A stretch of 50,418 nt of DNA from Campylobacteraceae bacterium (GCA_027013245.1 JALUXT010000111.1:1-50418); one strand, 5' to 3'; shown: positions 8,526 to 18,968, counted from the stretch's first letter. The notes: generated from the sequence alone by a model not told the origin. Numbers and translations: made by a program.

Positions 8526-10720
8526 AAAAACTACTCTCAAAGCTAGATTTAGCAGAGTTTACAGACTCTTTTTATGGCTACCTTGCAAGACCAAAGCCAC
8601 TTTTTATGCAAGGTGACTCTAAGATTCATTATAGATTTATAAAAGAATTGATGCAAGCAACTAGCATAAAAGCACCACTAGAAGTTGAGAATCTTGATAT
8701 TCCTTTAGCACATCTAAGTAAAAAAGGCATCTTGAAGATTTATGAAATTTATTCATTTATTAAGATAGTCAAATATTTTATTTATCTAAAAACCATATTT
8801 TTAGAAGGAAATCTTAGTTTGTGGATGCAAAAGATAGAAATTCCTGATGAGATAAAAGAGATTTGCAAATACTTTGATGAAAAAGGCGAGTTAAAAAGTA
8901 GCATAGATGAGCAGTTTGGAGCTATCTCTTATGCTCTTGGCAAGATTAAAGAAGAAACTAGCACCGCTCTTAGGCGTCTTATGTCAAACTCAAAACTTTC
9001 AAATTATTTAGTTGACAGGCAAGTGCATTATATCAATAATCAAGAAGCCTTGCTTTTAAGAGGTGGTTTTAATCATGTCATAAAAGGAAGTGTTGTTGGT
9101 AGAAGTAGTGGTGGATTTTTCTATATATTTCCAGATTCAATCTCTTCTTTAAAATCAAAAGAGAGTGGATTGGTCGATAAAAAAGAGGAATTGATATATA
9201 AATATGCAAAAGAAATATCAGCTAAGTTTTCAAAGTTCGTTCATTTTTTGACATTTGTAAATAGAGAATTCGATAAATTTGATGCTTATTTTGCAAGGGT
9301 GACATTTGCTAAAAATACAAATTTAGAATTTGTTTTAGCCAATAGCGGCCATGACATAACAATATCTAAATTTTCACATCCAGCCCTTGGTAGTCCAAAG
9401 CCCATAAGTGTTGATTTTGATAAACATGTGCTTATGATAACGGGTGTAAATGCTGGCGGAAAAACTATGTTTTTAAAGTCACTTCTAAGTGCTGCTTTTT
9501 TAGCAAAATATCTGCTTCCTATGTCGATAGACTCAACTCACACAAAAATAGGCTCTTTTAAAGATATAGTGGCTATCTTAGATGACCCGCAGAGCGTGAA
9601 AAATGATATATCTACTTTTGCAGGCAGAATGCATGAATTTAGTAAACTTTTTGCCAAAAAATCAACCTTGGTGGGCATCGATGAGATAGAACTTGGAACT
9701 GACGCTGATGAGGCTGCAAGCTTGTTTAAGGTAATAGTAGAAAAATTAATCCAAAAAGATATAAAGATAATCATCACAACCCATCACAAAAGATTAGCTT
9801 CACTGCTTGCTACAAATGAGCAAGTTCAACTCTTAGCTGCAATTTATGATGAAAAAAATCAACAACCTACTTATGAATTTTTAAATGGAACTATCGGGAA
9901 AAGTTATGCATTTGAAACAGCCCTTAGATATAAAATTCCAGCACCTATCATAAAGGAAGCTAGAATCGTTTATGGCGAGGATAAAGAAAATTTAAATGAT
10001 TTGATTCAAAAAAATATAGATTTAGAATTAGAGATGAAAAAACAATCAAAGCTACTTGAAGAAAAATTAGAAGAGGCAAAAAAATTAAAAATTGCCCTAA
10101 AAGATGAGCAAGAGTTGTCGAAACTTGAGTTTGAACGCCAAACTGTAAAGATGCAAAAGAATTTTAACAAAGCTATAGAAGAAGCAAAAGTTGCCATAAA
10201 ATCTAAAGATTCAAAAGAGGGGCATAGGGCATTGAATAGGGCAAACGAGTTTAAGGTAAAAGCAAAAAAGATAAATATAGTCCAAAAAAGTGAAAATTTA
10301 ATGGTTGGAGATTATGTAAAATATGGGAATTCAAAAGGAAAAATAAAAACCATAAAAAAAGATATAGCATCCATAGAGTGTGAAGGAATTACACTTAGAG
10401 TGCCATTAAATACGCTTAAAAAAAGTGGAATTCCTCCAAAAAAAAGAAGAAAAATCACCATCACAAAGCCAAGTGCTACAAGTTCTGTAACTTTAGATTT
10501 GCATGGACAACGAGCAGAGGAAGCCATAGAAAACTTAGATAAATTTCTCTCAGATGCTTTAATAAACGGCTATGATGAGGTGCTTGTTTATCACGGTATT
10601 GGAACAGGAAAATTAGCATATGCAGTTAAGACATTTTTATCTACTTATCCAAGTTTGGTTTCATACTCAGATGCACCAATCAATATGGGAGGATATGGAG
10701 CAACTTTGGTAAAATTATGA
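8522..10720 (+). CDS. mutS2: Endonuclease MutS2
   Basis: ITGVNAGGKT Walker A; DEIELGTD; C-terminal Smr domain LDLHG...HGIGTG...GGYGAT. Confidence 0.95.
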   Translation: MKKLLSKLDLAEFTDSFYGYLARPKPLFMQGDSKIHYRFIKELMQATSIKAPLEVENLDIPLAHLSKKGILKIYEIYSFIKIVKYFIYLKTIFLEGNLSLWMQKIEIPDEIKEICKYFDEKGELKSSIDEQFGAISYALGKIKEETSTALRRLMSNSKLSNYLVDRQVHYINNQEALLLRGGFNHVIKGSVVGRSSGGFFYIFPDSISSLKSKESGLVDKKEELIYKYAKEISAKFSKFVHFLTFVNREFDKFDAYFARVTFAKNTNLEFVLANSGHDITISKFSHPALGSPKPISVDFDKHVLMITGVNAGGKTMFLKSLLSAAFLAKYLLPMSIDSTHTKIGSFKDIVAILDDPQSVKNDISTFAGRMHEFSKLFAKKSTLVGIDEIELGTDADEAASLFKVIVEKLIQKDIKIIITTHHKRLASLLATNEQVQLLAAIYDEKNQQPTYEFLNGTIGKSYAFETALRYKIPAPIIKEARIVYGEDKENLNDLIQKNIDLELEMKKQSKLLEEKLEEAKKLKIALKDEQELSKLEFERQTVKMQKNFNKAIEEAKVAIKSKDSKEGHRALNRANEFKVKAKKINIVQKSENLMVGDYVKYGNSKGKIKTIKKDIASIECEGITLRVPLNTLKKSGIPPKKRRKITITKPSATSSVTLDLHGQRAEEAIENLDKFLSDALINGYDEVLVYHGIGTGKLAYAVKTFLSTYPSLVSYSDAPINMGGYGATLVKL

Positions 10721-10775
10721 TTTTTTAATATAAAAAATCTTATAATATGAATGGCTTCTAAAAAAGGAAAATGAC

Positions 10776-11990
10776 TTGAGCAATCTACAAATAGATGCAT
10801 TGACAAATCTCCATGACAGAGTTGCACTTATGAAAGATATCTATGCCATGGACAAACCAAAGCTTATAATCCTCAATATCGACTCCTTTAAAGATATAAA
10901 TGAATACTATGGCAATGAAACAGGTGATTATGTTTTATGCGAAGTCGCAGATATTCTTAAAAATCTATCCATACAAGAGGGTTTAAATTTATATAGAATT
11001 GGAGCAGATGAGTTTGCATTACTAGAGAATGCTGCGCTTGATATAGACAGATATGAAGAACTCTCAATAGAAATATCAAATATGTTTAAAGGCAAAATGA
11101 TAGATAATCCAAATTATAAAGATGAGATTGAGATAAATGTAACTTTAGGGTTTGCGTTGGAAAAAGATCATATCTTAGAAAAAGCTTCTATGGCCTTAAA
11201 AGAAGCAAAGATAAAACAGATAGATTATCAATGTTATTTTAAAAGAATTGACGATAAAAAAGAGTATATAAATCAGATAAAATGGTCAAAATTTATAAAA
11301 AATGCTATAAAAGACGATAGGGTTATACCATTTTATCAACCAATTTTTAATGCACATCGAGAAATTATAAAATATGAATGTTTAGTAAGGATACTAGATG
11401 AAAATGAAGAGATTATTCCCCCAGGACTCTTTTTGGATGTTTCTAAAAAGGTGAAAAGATATGCAGATATAGAAAAACTTCTCATAGAAAAAAGTTTTGC
11501 TAAGATAAGCGAGACTGGGGCTACTGTTTCTGTTAATCTTTTGGCAAGAGACATGAGCGATAGCAATGTGAGTAATTTTGTGATTTCGATGCTAAAAAAA
11601 TATAGAGTATCTAAACAAGTTATTTTTGAAATTTTAGAAGATGAAAATATAACTCAAATTGAGCGAGCTGAGAGTTTTATACAAAGATTAAAAAAAATGG
11701 GATGTAAGATTGCGATAGATGATTTTGGTACTGGTTATAGTAATTTTTCTTATCTTATGAAATTACACCCTGATTATGTTAAGATTGACGGGTCTTTGAT
11801 AAAAAATATAGATAAAGACAAGAACTCATATGCAATTGTAAGCTCAATTATCGCATTTGCAAGAAAACTTGATATAAAAACTATAGCTGAGTTTGTTCAT
11901 AGTGAAGAAATTTTTGAAATTTGTTTAGATTTAGGCATAGATGAGTTTCAAGGTTTTTACCTTGGCGAACCATCCCCTAAACTCAAATAG
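10776..11990 (+). CDS. Cytoplasmic GGDEF-EAL protein, probably a c-di-GMP phosphodiesterase
   Basis: DALTNL...YRIGADEF (degenerate GGDEF); ECLVR; DDFGTGYS; IAEFV; QGFY. No sensor or TM region. Confidence 0.9.
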   Translation: MSNLQIDALTNLHDRVALMKDIYAMDKPKLIILNIDSFKDINEYYGNETGDYVLCEVADILKNLSIQEGLNLYRIGADEFALLENAALDIDRYEELSIEISNMFKGKMIDNPNYKDEIEINVTLGFALEKDHILEKASMALKEAKIKQIDYQCYFKRIDDKKEYINQIKWSKFIKNAIKDDRVIPFYQPIFNAHREIIKYECLVRILDENEEIIPPGLFLDVSKKVKRYADIEKLLIEKSFAKISETGATVSVNLLARDMSDSNVSNFVISMLKKYRVSKQVIFEILEDENITQIERAESFIQRLKKMGCKIAIDDFGTGYSNFSYLMKLHPDYVKIDGSLIKNIDKDKNSYAIVSSIIAFARKLDIKTIAEFVHSEEIFEICLDLGIDEFQGFYLGEPSPKLK

Positions 11991-12003
11991 GAAAAACTAC
12001 AAT

Positions 12004-13098
12004 ATGACACTTCAAGAACTTTTTTTCAAACTACTTCGTCATAAATCAATAACACCTGATGATGCAGGTTTACTTGATTTTATAGAAGAATATTTATCAG
12101 ATTTCACAGCTATAAGAATAGATATAAATGATACAAAAAATCTTTTTTTATATAAGGTATTTTCAAAAGGCGAACACCTCTGTTTTGCTGGACATGTAGA
12201 TGTGGTTCCCCCAGGAATTGGTTGGAATAGTGATCCATTTGAGCCAACGCTCAAAGACGGATTTGTTCATGCAAGAGGCACGCAAGATATGAAAAGTGGA
12301 GTGGCCGCGTTTTTAAAAGCTTGTAAAGATGCAAAAGATTTTAATGGGACTTTGTCTATTATCTTAACTAGTGATGAAGAAGGTGATGCTAAATTTGGAA
12401 CTATTGAGGTTTTAAAATATCTTAAAAACAAAAACATGATTCCAGATTTTTCGATAGTAGCGGAGCCTACATGTGAAGGTGTTTTTGGAGACACTATTAA
12501 GATAGGAAGGCGTGGGTCGATAAACGGAATCATAGAAGTTTTTGGCAAACAAGGACACGCTGCCTACCCCCAAAAGTCCGTCAATACTATAAATCTTATA
12601 TCTCCACTATTGGACAAATTAACTGCTCATAATTTTGATAGAGGGGATGAAAATTTTGCTCCAAGCGAGCTTGTTGTTACGGACATAAGAAGTGGAATGG
12701 AAGTGACAAATGTAACACCAGGGCATTTAAAACTTATGTTCAATGTAAGAAATTCTACAAAAACCAGCAAGGAAGATATAGAAACTTATATAAACACTCT
12801 TTTAAAAGAATTAGATTTTAAATTGATTCTTAATCAAAGTGCAAAATCTTTTGTGACAAAAAGAGATTCTAAAATCGTAAAATTACTCCAAAGCGTTGTG
12901 CAGGACATAACGAAAGTAAATCCACAATTAACAACAGGTGGAGGTACAAGTGATGCTAGACTTTTAGCAGAATTTGGAGTAAAAACAGTAGAACTTGGCG
13001 TGATAAATGATAGAATTCACGCTATAAATGAAAGATGCAAACTTCAAGAAGTAGAAGATTTAACCAAAATATTTATCAAAATAATAGAAAAATTTTGA
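12004..13098 (+). CDS. dapE: Succinyl-diaminopimelate desuccinylase
   Basis: FAGHVDVVP; ARGTQDMK; SDEEG; GRRGS; GHAAYP; TGGGTSDAR. Start placed at ATG 12004, after the upstream stop. Confidence 0.95.
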   Translation: MTLQELFFKLLRHKSITPDDAGLLDFIEEYLSDFTAIRIDINDTKNLFLYKVFSKGEHLCFAGHVDVVPPGIGWNSDPFEPTLKDGFVHARGTQDMKSGVAAFLKACKDAKDFNGTLSIILTSDEEGDAKFGTIEVLKYLKNKNMIPDFSIVAEPTCEGVFGDTIKIGRRGSINGIIEVFGKQGHAAYPQKSVNTINLISPLLDKLTAHNFDRGDENFAPSELVVTDIRSGMEVTNVTPGHLKLMFNVRNSTKTSKEDIETYINTLLKELDFKLILNQSAKSFVTKRDSKIVKLLQSVVQDITKVNPQLTTGGGTSDARLLAEFGVKTVELGVINDRIHAINERCKLQEVEDLTKIFIKIIEKF

Positions 13099-13107
13099 GG
13101 AGACAAT

Positions 13108-13192
13108 AAAATGAAATTATACAGAGCGATAGCTCGTGCTTTAGTCGCGAGGAATTTGTCAGGAGCTTTGCTCCTAACAAAGGGGGCATAAG
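13108..13192 (+). repeat. Structured leader element, copy 2 (contains a 26-codon uORF at 13111..13191)
   Basis: Homologous to 2070..2151 with covarying stems. uORF MKLYRAIARALVARNLSGALLLTKGA has SD GAGGAG and stops 1 nt before the ridA ATG. Confidence 0.75.
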
Positions 13193-13570
13193 ATGAAATT
13201 TATCCAAACAAATAAAGCACCAACTGCAATAGGACCATACTCTCAAGCTGTTGAGGTAGGTGAGATGATATTTACATCAGGACAGATTGGGCTCACAAAA
13301 GATGGTGATTTGGTTGAAGGTGGCGTGGAAGCGCAGGCAAAGCAAGTTTTAACAAATCTTAGTGAAGTTTTAAAAGAAGCTGGAAGTTCTCTCTCTAATG
13401 TAGTAAAAACTACTATATTTTTGGCAGATATGAGTGATTTTGCTGAGGTAAATAAGATTTATGCTGAGTTTTTTGGTGATCATAAACCAGCTCGCTCAAC
13501 TGTGGCGGTAAAAACTTTGCCTCTAAATGTTAGCATAGAAATAGATGCTATTGCCATAAAATTAAGATAA
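13193..13570 (+). CDS. ridA: RidA/YjgF family enamine-imine deaminase
   Basis: APTAIGPYSQA; SGQIG; VVKTTIFL; PARSTVAVKTLP..IEIDAIA. Confidence 0.92.
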   Translation: MKFIQTNKAPTAIGPYSQAVEVGEMIFTSGQIGLTKDGDLVEGGVEAQAKQVLTNLSEVLKEAGSSLSNVVKTTIFLADMSDFAEVNKIYAEFFGDHKPARSTVAVKTLPLNVSIEIDAIAIKLR

Positions 13571-13644
13571 TATATTATAATTAATCATAAAAATTTATCA
13601 TAATATTAGTCTATTATGTAACAATATAAAAATTTCTTCTAAGG

Positions 13645-14994
13645 ATGAATTATATGATGAGAAACCACTATGAAGTATTGGTTATTGGTGGAGGCATTTC
13701 TGGTGCCGCCATATTTTACGAATTGGCAAAATATACTGATATTAAAAAGATTGCACTTTTTGAAAAATACAATACTCTAGCAAAATTAAACTCTAAAGGC
13801 ACAAGCAACTCACAGACGATTCATTGTGGTGATATTGAAACCAATTATACTGTTGATAAAGCCAAAAATGTTAAGCGAACTGCAAAAATGGTAGAAAAAT
13901 ATTGCTTACAGTATGGTTATGAAGACAAATTTATGTTTGCTATGCAAAAGATGGCTATCGGTGTAGGGGATGAAGAAGTGGCTTATATGCGACACAGATA
14001 TGAAGATTTTAAAGAGCTTTTTCCATATCTAGAAGTTTTTGAGAAAGATAAACTTGCCAAAATTGAGCCAAGTTTGATTTTTGATGAAAATGGTAAGCAA
14101 AGAGATGAAAATATCGTAGGCGTTGGAGTTGAAGGTGGACAATATAGTACAGTAGATTTTGGCTCTATGACAGAGAGTTTAGTAGAAAATGCAATCAAGA
14201 TTGAAGACAAGCAAACAGATGTATTTTTAAACTCAAAAATAGTCCATATAAAACAATTAGGAGAGATGCATATAGTGCAAACTGCAACTCACACATATAC
14301 TGCAGATTTTGTAGTTGTCGATGCGGGGGCTCACTCTTTGTTTTTAGCTCATGAGATGGGGCATGGGTTAGATTATAGTTGCTTGCCGATGGCTGGGAGT
14401 TTTTATCTTAGCACTAAGAAGATTTTAAAAGGCAAGGTATATATGGTTCAAAACCCAAAATTGCCATTTGCTGCACTTCATGGCGACCCTGATATCTTAG
14501 CAAATGGATATACAAGATTTGGGCCAACTGCTCTTGCCTTGCCAAAGCTTGAGAGATATACAGGTGGGACTTATATGGATTTTATAAAAACCCTTAGATT
14601 TGACCATAATGTTGGAAAAATTTTCTTAGATTTGTTATCAGACTCCACTATACGAAATTATGTCTTAAGAAACTTTTTATTTGAAGTTCCATATTTGAAT
14701 AAAAAATTCTTTTTAAAAGATGTGAGAAAAATAGTACCTTCTTTGCAACTTGAAGATATAGAATATGCAAAAGGATTTGGAGGCATAAGACCACAAGTTT
14801 TGGACAAGAAAAACCAAAAGCTAATGCTTGGTGAAGCTAGCGTAAATCCAGGGACTGGCATACTGTTTAACATGACACCGAGTCCAGGAGCGACAAGCTG
14901 TCTTGGAAATGCAGAGCGAGATGTTAAAATCGTGTGTGAATATCTAAACAAAACATTTGATACTCAAAAATTTAATAAGGATTTAGTTGATTGA
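13645..14994 (+). CDS. mqo: FAD-dependent malate:quinone oxidoreductase (epsilonproteobacterial type)
   Basis: VIGGGISG FAD motif; NSQTIHCGDIETNY; LPFAALHGDPD; NMTPSPGATSCLGNA. Confidence 0.85.
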   Translation: MNYMMRNHYEVLVIGGGISGAAIFYELAKYTDIKKIALFEKYNTLAKLNSKGTSNSQTIHCGDIETNYTVDKAKNVKRTAKMVEKYCLQYGYEDKFMFAMQKMAIGVGDEEVAYMRHRYEDFKELFPYLEVFEKDKLAKIEPSLIFDENGKQRDENIVGVGVEGGQYSTVDFGSMTESLVENAIKIEDKQTDVFLNSKIVHIKQLGEMHIVQTATHTYTADFVVVDAGAHSLFLAHEMGHGLDYSCLPMAGSFYLSTKKILKGKVYMVQNPKLPFAALHGDPDILANGYTRFGPTALALPKLERYTGGTYMDFIKTLRFDHNVGKIFLDLLSDSTIRNYVLRNFLFEVPYLNKKFFLKDVRKIVPSLQLEDIEYAKGFGGIRPQVLDKKNQKLMLGEASVNPGTGILFNMTPSPGATSCLGNAERDVKIVCEYLNKTFDTQKFNKDLVD

Positions 14995-15673
14995 GCCATT
15001 AGATTTATATGCCAAAATAGAACCAATGATTGGTTTTTATAGAGAATATGAAGAGTTATACGAAAAATATTTAAATTTACTATCTGTTCTTGATGTAAAA
15101 AAAGTATTGGATATCGGTTGTGGCAATGGTAAACTGTTGAAACTTTTAAAAAATAAGGGTTTTAACTCTTGCGGTATAGATAGAAGTGAAATGATGGTAA
15201 AAAGAGCTAAGAGTTTAGGTGTCAATGCTTGTACAAAAGAATTAAATGAACTCGAAGATGCATCTTTTGATTGTGCCTTGGGGGTTGCTGATGTTCTTAA
15301 TTATATAAAACTTGATGAGATAGATGGCTTTTTCTCGCAACTCTCAACCGTTTTAAAACCTGATGGCTATTTTTTAGCAGATGTAAATACAATTGAAGGT
15401 TTTGAATTAGCTGATGGGGTTATGGTTAGAGATGAAAATGATAGATTTTTATCTGTAGAATCCTATTTTGAAGAAGAAATACTCACTACAAACTTAACTT
15501 TTTTTGAAAAAAAAAGAGATTTTTTTATAAAATCAACTGGTAAGATACTGCAATATTATCATCATAAAAAAACTTTTGAAAATATAAAAAACTTTAAACT
15601 TATAGAGACATTTCCAATAGATTTATTTGGAAGTGGTACAGAAAAACTACTTATGGTATTTCAAAGACATTAA
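14987..15673 (+). CDS. Class I SAM-dependent methyltransferase
   Basis: VLDIGCGNG; GIDRSEMM; LKPDGYF. Confidence 0.88.
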   Translation: MIEPLDLYAKIEPMIGFYREYEELYEKYLNLLSVLDVKKVLDIGCGNGKLLKLLKNKGFNSCGIDRSEMMVKRAKSLGVNACTKELNELEDASFDCALGVADVLNYIKLDEIDGFFSQLSTVLKPDGYFLADVNTIEGFELADGVMVRDENDRFLSVESYFEEEILTTNLTFFEKKRDFFIKSTGKILQYYHHKKTFENIKNFKLIETFPIDLFGSGTEKLLMVFQRH

Positions 15674-15701
15674 AACTCATAGATTTTTTTAAGCATTATA
15701 T

Positions 15702-15710
15702 TGGTATAAT
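15702..15710 (+). promoter_or_regulatory. Sigma70 extended -10 promoter of aclBA
   Basis: TGGTATAAT 52 nt upstream of the aclB ATG, preceded by TTTTAAG; SD AAGGA follows. Confidence 0.65.
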
Positions 15711-15761
15711 ATAATATATTTTAATTAATAAATAATTTTAAGAAAACTTAAAGGATTTACT

Positions 15762-17090
15762 ATGGCTCAAAGAGCGATTCGTGAATATGATGGGAAGGCA
15801 CTTTTTTCCAAGCATTGGGAAAAATACTTTAGTGGATTTCAATATGGGTTTAAATCTGTATTAGTTAGTAGTGGAGACGAATTAAGAAAAAAAGCAAATG
15901 AACATGGTTTTGAGTGGCTCAAACAAGAAACACTCGTAGCTAAACCAGACATGCTGTTTGGAAAAAGAGGAAAAAACGGTCTGGTTTTATTTAAAGATAA
16001 AAAACCAGGTGATGTCTCTTTGGAAGTTGCCGCAAGTTGGATAGATGAGCAAATATCTCACCCCACAACTCTTCTTTCAGGTCAGCATGGAACTCTTACA
16101 CACTTTATAATTGAGCCATTTACTCCTCATAGCGAAGAGCAAGAGTATTATATATCTGCTACAACTGTTGGTGAAGATGATGTTCTTTACATGTCAACTG
16201 AAGGCGGCATGGAAGTAGAAGATGGATGGGAAGAAAAAGTAACAGAAGTTGTGATCCCTATAAATATGCAAGATGCGAATATAGACCATTTGGTTCGTGC
16301 AAATGCGCCAGTTGATTTACCTGCGGATAAAAAAGAAGCATTTATATCTTTTGCTATAGATTTTTTTAGATTTTACAGGGATTTAAACTTTGCATATCTT
16401 GAGATTAACCCTCTTGTTATGCTTGAGCAAAACGAGATGGCAATTTTAGACTTAGTGGCAAGACTAGACGATACTGCAGGGTATCTTATGCTAGAAGATT
16501 GGGGCAAGATTGAGTATCCAACCGCTTTTGGCATGGAAGATCAATCAACTGAAGAAAAAGCCATATCTGATGCCGATGCAAAGAGTGGAGCTTCACTAAA
16601 ACTTACTATTTTAAACCCAATGGGAAGAATTTGGACTATGGTGGCAGGCGGTGGTGCTAGCGTTGTTTATGCAGATACTATAGCAGACTTAAGTGGTAAT
16701 GTAAGCGAACTTGCAAACTATGGAGAGTATAGTGGAGGACCAACCACCGACGAAACCAAATTTTATGCAGACACTATATTTGATCTTATGACAAGATTTA
16801 AAGACCCAAAAGGCAGAGATAAGATTCTTATAATTGGTGGTGCAATCGCAAATTTTACAGATGTTGCAAAAACATTTACAGGCATCATCCAATCCTTGGA
16901 AGAGTATGCCCAGAAATTTAAAAAAATAGGTGTGAAGATTTATGTCAGACGAGGTGGACCAAACTATAAAAAAGGTTTAAAAGACATCAAAGAAGCAGCA
17001 GATAGATTGGGTCTATATATGGAAGTTTATGGTCCCCAAACACATGTAACTGACATAGTAAGAATGTCTCTAGCTAAGGAGGAAAAATAA
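15762..17090 (+). CDS. aclB: ATP citrate lyase, ATP-grasp/citrate-binding subunit
   Basis: MAQRAIREYDGK; KPDMLFGKRGK; WTMVAGGGASVVYADT; ANYGEYSG; GGAIANFT; RRGGPNY. Confidence 0.95.
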   Translation: MAQRAIREYDGKALFSKHWEKYFSGFQYGFKSVLVSSGDELRKKANEHGFEWLKQETLVAKPDMLFGKRGKNGLVLFKDKKPGDVSLEVAASWIDEQISHPTTLLSGQHGTLTHFIIEPFTPHSEEQEYYISATTVGEDDVLYMSTEGGMEVEDGWEEKVTEVVIPINMQDANIDHLVRANAPVDLPADKKEAFISFAIDFFRFYRDLNFAYLEINPLVMLEQNEMAILDLVARLDDTAGYLMLEDWGKIEYPTAFGMEDQSTEEKAISDADAKSGASLKLTILNPMGRIWTMVAGGGASVVYADTIADLSGNVSELANYGEYSGGPTTDETKFYADTIFDLMTRFKDPKGRDKILIIGGAIANFTDVAKTFTGIIQSLEEYAQKFKKIGVKIYVRRGGPNYKKGLKDIKEAADRLGLYMEVYGPQTHVTDIVRMSLAKEEK

Positions 17091-17092
17091 TC

Positions 17093-18907
17093 ATGAGCAG
17101 GTTATTTACAAAAGATACACAAGCGATATTCTGGAACAACAATAGAAGTGCGATTCAAAGAATGTTGGATTATGACTATACTATAGAGCGAAAATTACCA
17201 TCAATCGCAGCAATCGTTGCACCAACAAGTACTGCAAAATTTGATAAATTCTTTTTTGGTAATGCTGAAATTATGATACCTCTTTATAGAAGCACAGCAG
17301 AAGCTGCGGAGGCTTTTCCAGGCGCTGATGTTTTACTAAACTTTGGTTCATTTAGAACGGCGTATGATGTTGTTATGGAGGCTATAGAGCTTGATGGGCA
17401 ATTTAAAACTATCATGGTGACTGCTGAGGGTATACCTGAGCGAAGAGCAAGAACTATGAATCAAGCTGCTAGAGATAAAGGTGTCACAGTTATAGGACCT
17501 GCAACTGTAGGGGCCATCGCTCCGGGAGCTTTTAAGATAGCAAATATCGGCGGAACTATGGAAAATATTATAAATTCCAAGTTAAATAGATGCGGTAGTT
17601 GCGGGCTTGTTACTAGAAGTGGCGGTTTGTTTAACGAAATGTCAAATATCATCTCTTTAAATGCTGATGGTATAGCTGAGGGTGTAGCAATCGGTGGAGA
17701 TAGATTTGTAGGCTCCGTTTTTATAGATAATCTTCTAAGAATGGAAAGCAACCCAGATGTAAAATATATGATTTTACTTGGAGAAGTTGGTGGAACTGAA
17801 GAGTACAAAGTCATAGAAGCTGTAAAAAGTGGAAAAATTAAAAAGCCTATCATAGCTTGGTGTATTGGAACTATTGCTAAGCATTTTGAAAGTGGTGTTC
17901 AATTTGGTCATGCAGGTGCTAGTGCAAATGCAGACAGAGAAACTGCTGAAGCTAAAAATATAGCCATGAGCGAAGCTGGATTTTTTGTGCCAGATTCATT
18001 TAACGATATTCCCGCTACTATACATAAAGTTTACGAAGATTTACTAGCAAAAGGTGTTATCAAAGAGATAAAAGAGCCAAATGTTAGAGAAATTTCAAAT
18101 ACAAGAAAAGCCAGAAATTTTATTTGTACTATCAGTGATGACAGAGGCGAAGAGGCAACATATTGTGGTATTCCAATCTCAAAAGTGGCAACTCCAGATA
18201 CTGGATATACACTTGGTGATGTTATGAGTATTCTTTGGTTTAAGAAGAGATATCCAAGATGGGCAGTTGATTTTATAGAAACAGTTTTAAAAACAGTAGC
18301 AGACCATGGGCCAGCAGTTAGTGGGGCACACAATGCAAAAGTAACGGCAAGAGCAGGAAAAGATGTTGTAAGCTCACTCATAGCTGGACTTTTGACGATA
18401 GGACCAAGGTTTGGTGGAGCTATAGACAACGCTGCTAAGTATTTTAAATATGGATTTGATAATAATTTAAGCCCAAAAGAGTTTTTAAAATACATGAAAA
18501 AACAAGGTATCCCAATTCCTGGTATTGGACATAGAATTAAATCAGTTAGAAACCCAGATTTGAGAATCAGTAGTCTTAAAAAATTTGTAAGTGAAAATTT
18601 CCCTTCAAGTCCAATTTTACAATACGCACTTGAAGTCGAAAAAGAGACAACAAGTAAAAAAGATAATCTAATCTTAAATGTTGATGGAACTATCGGTGTA
18701 TTGATGGTTGATATGTGGAGAGAGCTTGGATATAGCGATGTTGAGATAGACACATTTATAGAAGCCGGGGCTTTAAATGCGTTTTTTATCCTAGGGAGAT
18801 GTATCGGTTTTATCGGACATATCTTGGATGAAAAAAGACTAAATATGCCAATGTATAGACATCCTTGGGATGATATACTCTATGATGTGGAACAATTAGA
18901 ATATTAA
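17093..18907 (+). CDS. aclA: ATP citrate lyase, CoA-binding/citryl-CoA lyase subunit
   Basis: IQRMLDYDY; GPATVG; phospho-His QFGHAGA; ADHGPAVSGAHN; GIGHRIKS; LILNVDG; YRHPWDD. Confidence 0.95.
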   Translation: MSRLFTKDTQAIFWNNNRSAIQRMLDYDYTIERKLPSIAAIVAPTSTAKFDKFFFGNAEIMIPLYRSTAEAAEAFPGADVLLNFGSFRTAYDVVMEAIELDGQFKTIMVTAEGIPERRARTMNQAARDKGVTVIGPATVGAIAPGAFKIANIGGTMENIINSKLNRCGSCGLVTRSGGLFNEMSNIISLNADGIAEGVAIGGDRFVGSVFIDNLLRMESNPDVKYMILLGEVGGTEEYKVIEAVKSGKIKKPIIAWCIGTIAKHFESGVQFGHAGASANADRETAEAKNIAMSEAGFFVPDSFNDIPATIHKVYEDLLAKGVIKEIKEPNVREISNTRKARNFICTISDDRGEEATYCGIPISKVATPDTGYTLGDVMSILWFKKRYPRWAVDFIETVLKTVADHGPAVSGAHNAKVTARAGKDVVSSLIAGLLTIGPRFGGAIDNAAKYFKYGFDNNLSPKEFLKYMKKQGIPIPGIGHRIKSVRNPDLRISSLKKFVSENFPSSPILQYALEVEKETTSKKDNLILNVDGTIGVLMVDMWRELGYSDVEIDTFIEAGALNAFFILGRCIGFIGHILDEKRLNMPMYRHPWDDILYDVEQLEY

Positions 18908-18913
18908 AATAAA

Positions 18914-18942
18914 TTTGCAGGCTATGAAAATTAGTCTGCAAA
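18914..18942 (+). terminator. Stem-loop after aclA, probable terminator
   Basis: TTTGCAGGCTA / TAGTCTGCAAA, 11-bp stem with one GU pair; weak U tract. Confidence 0.55.
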
Positions 18943-18968
18943 ATCTTACTCTTACTTTAGAACTTTAA

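Noticed and set aside
11941-12003. Longer dapE start from the ORF track
   Set aside because: Overlaps the upstream EAL gene; ATG 12004 has an SD-like AGGA and gives the usual DapE length.
18031-18753. 240-aa antisense ORF inside aclA
   Set aside because: Shadow ORF on the reverse strand of a conserved gene; no recognisable motif.
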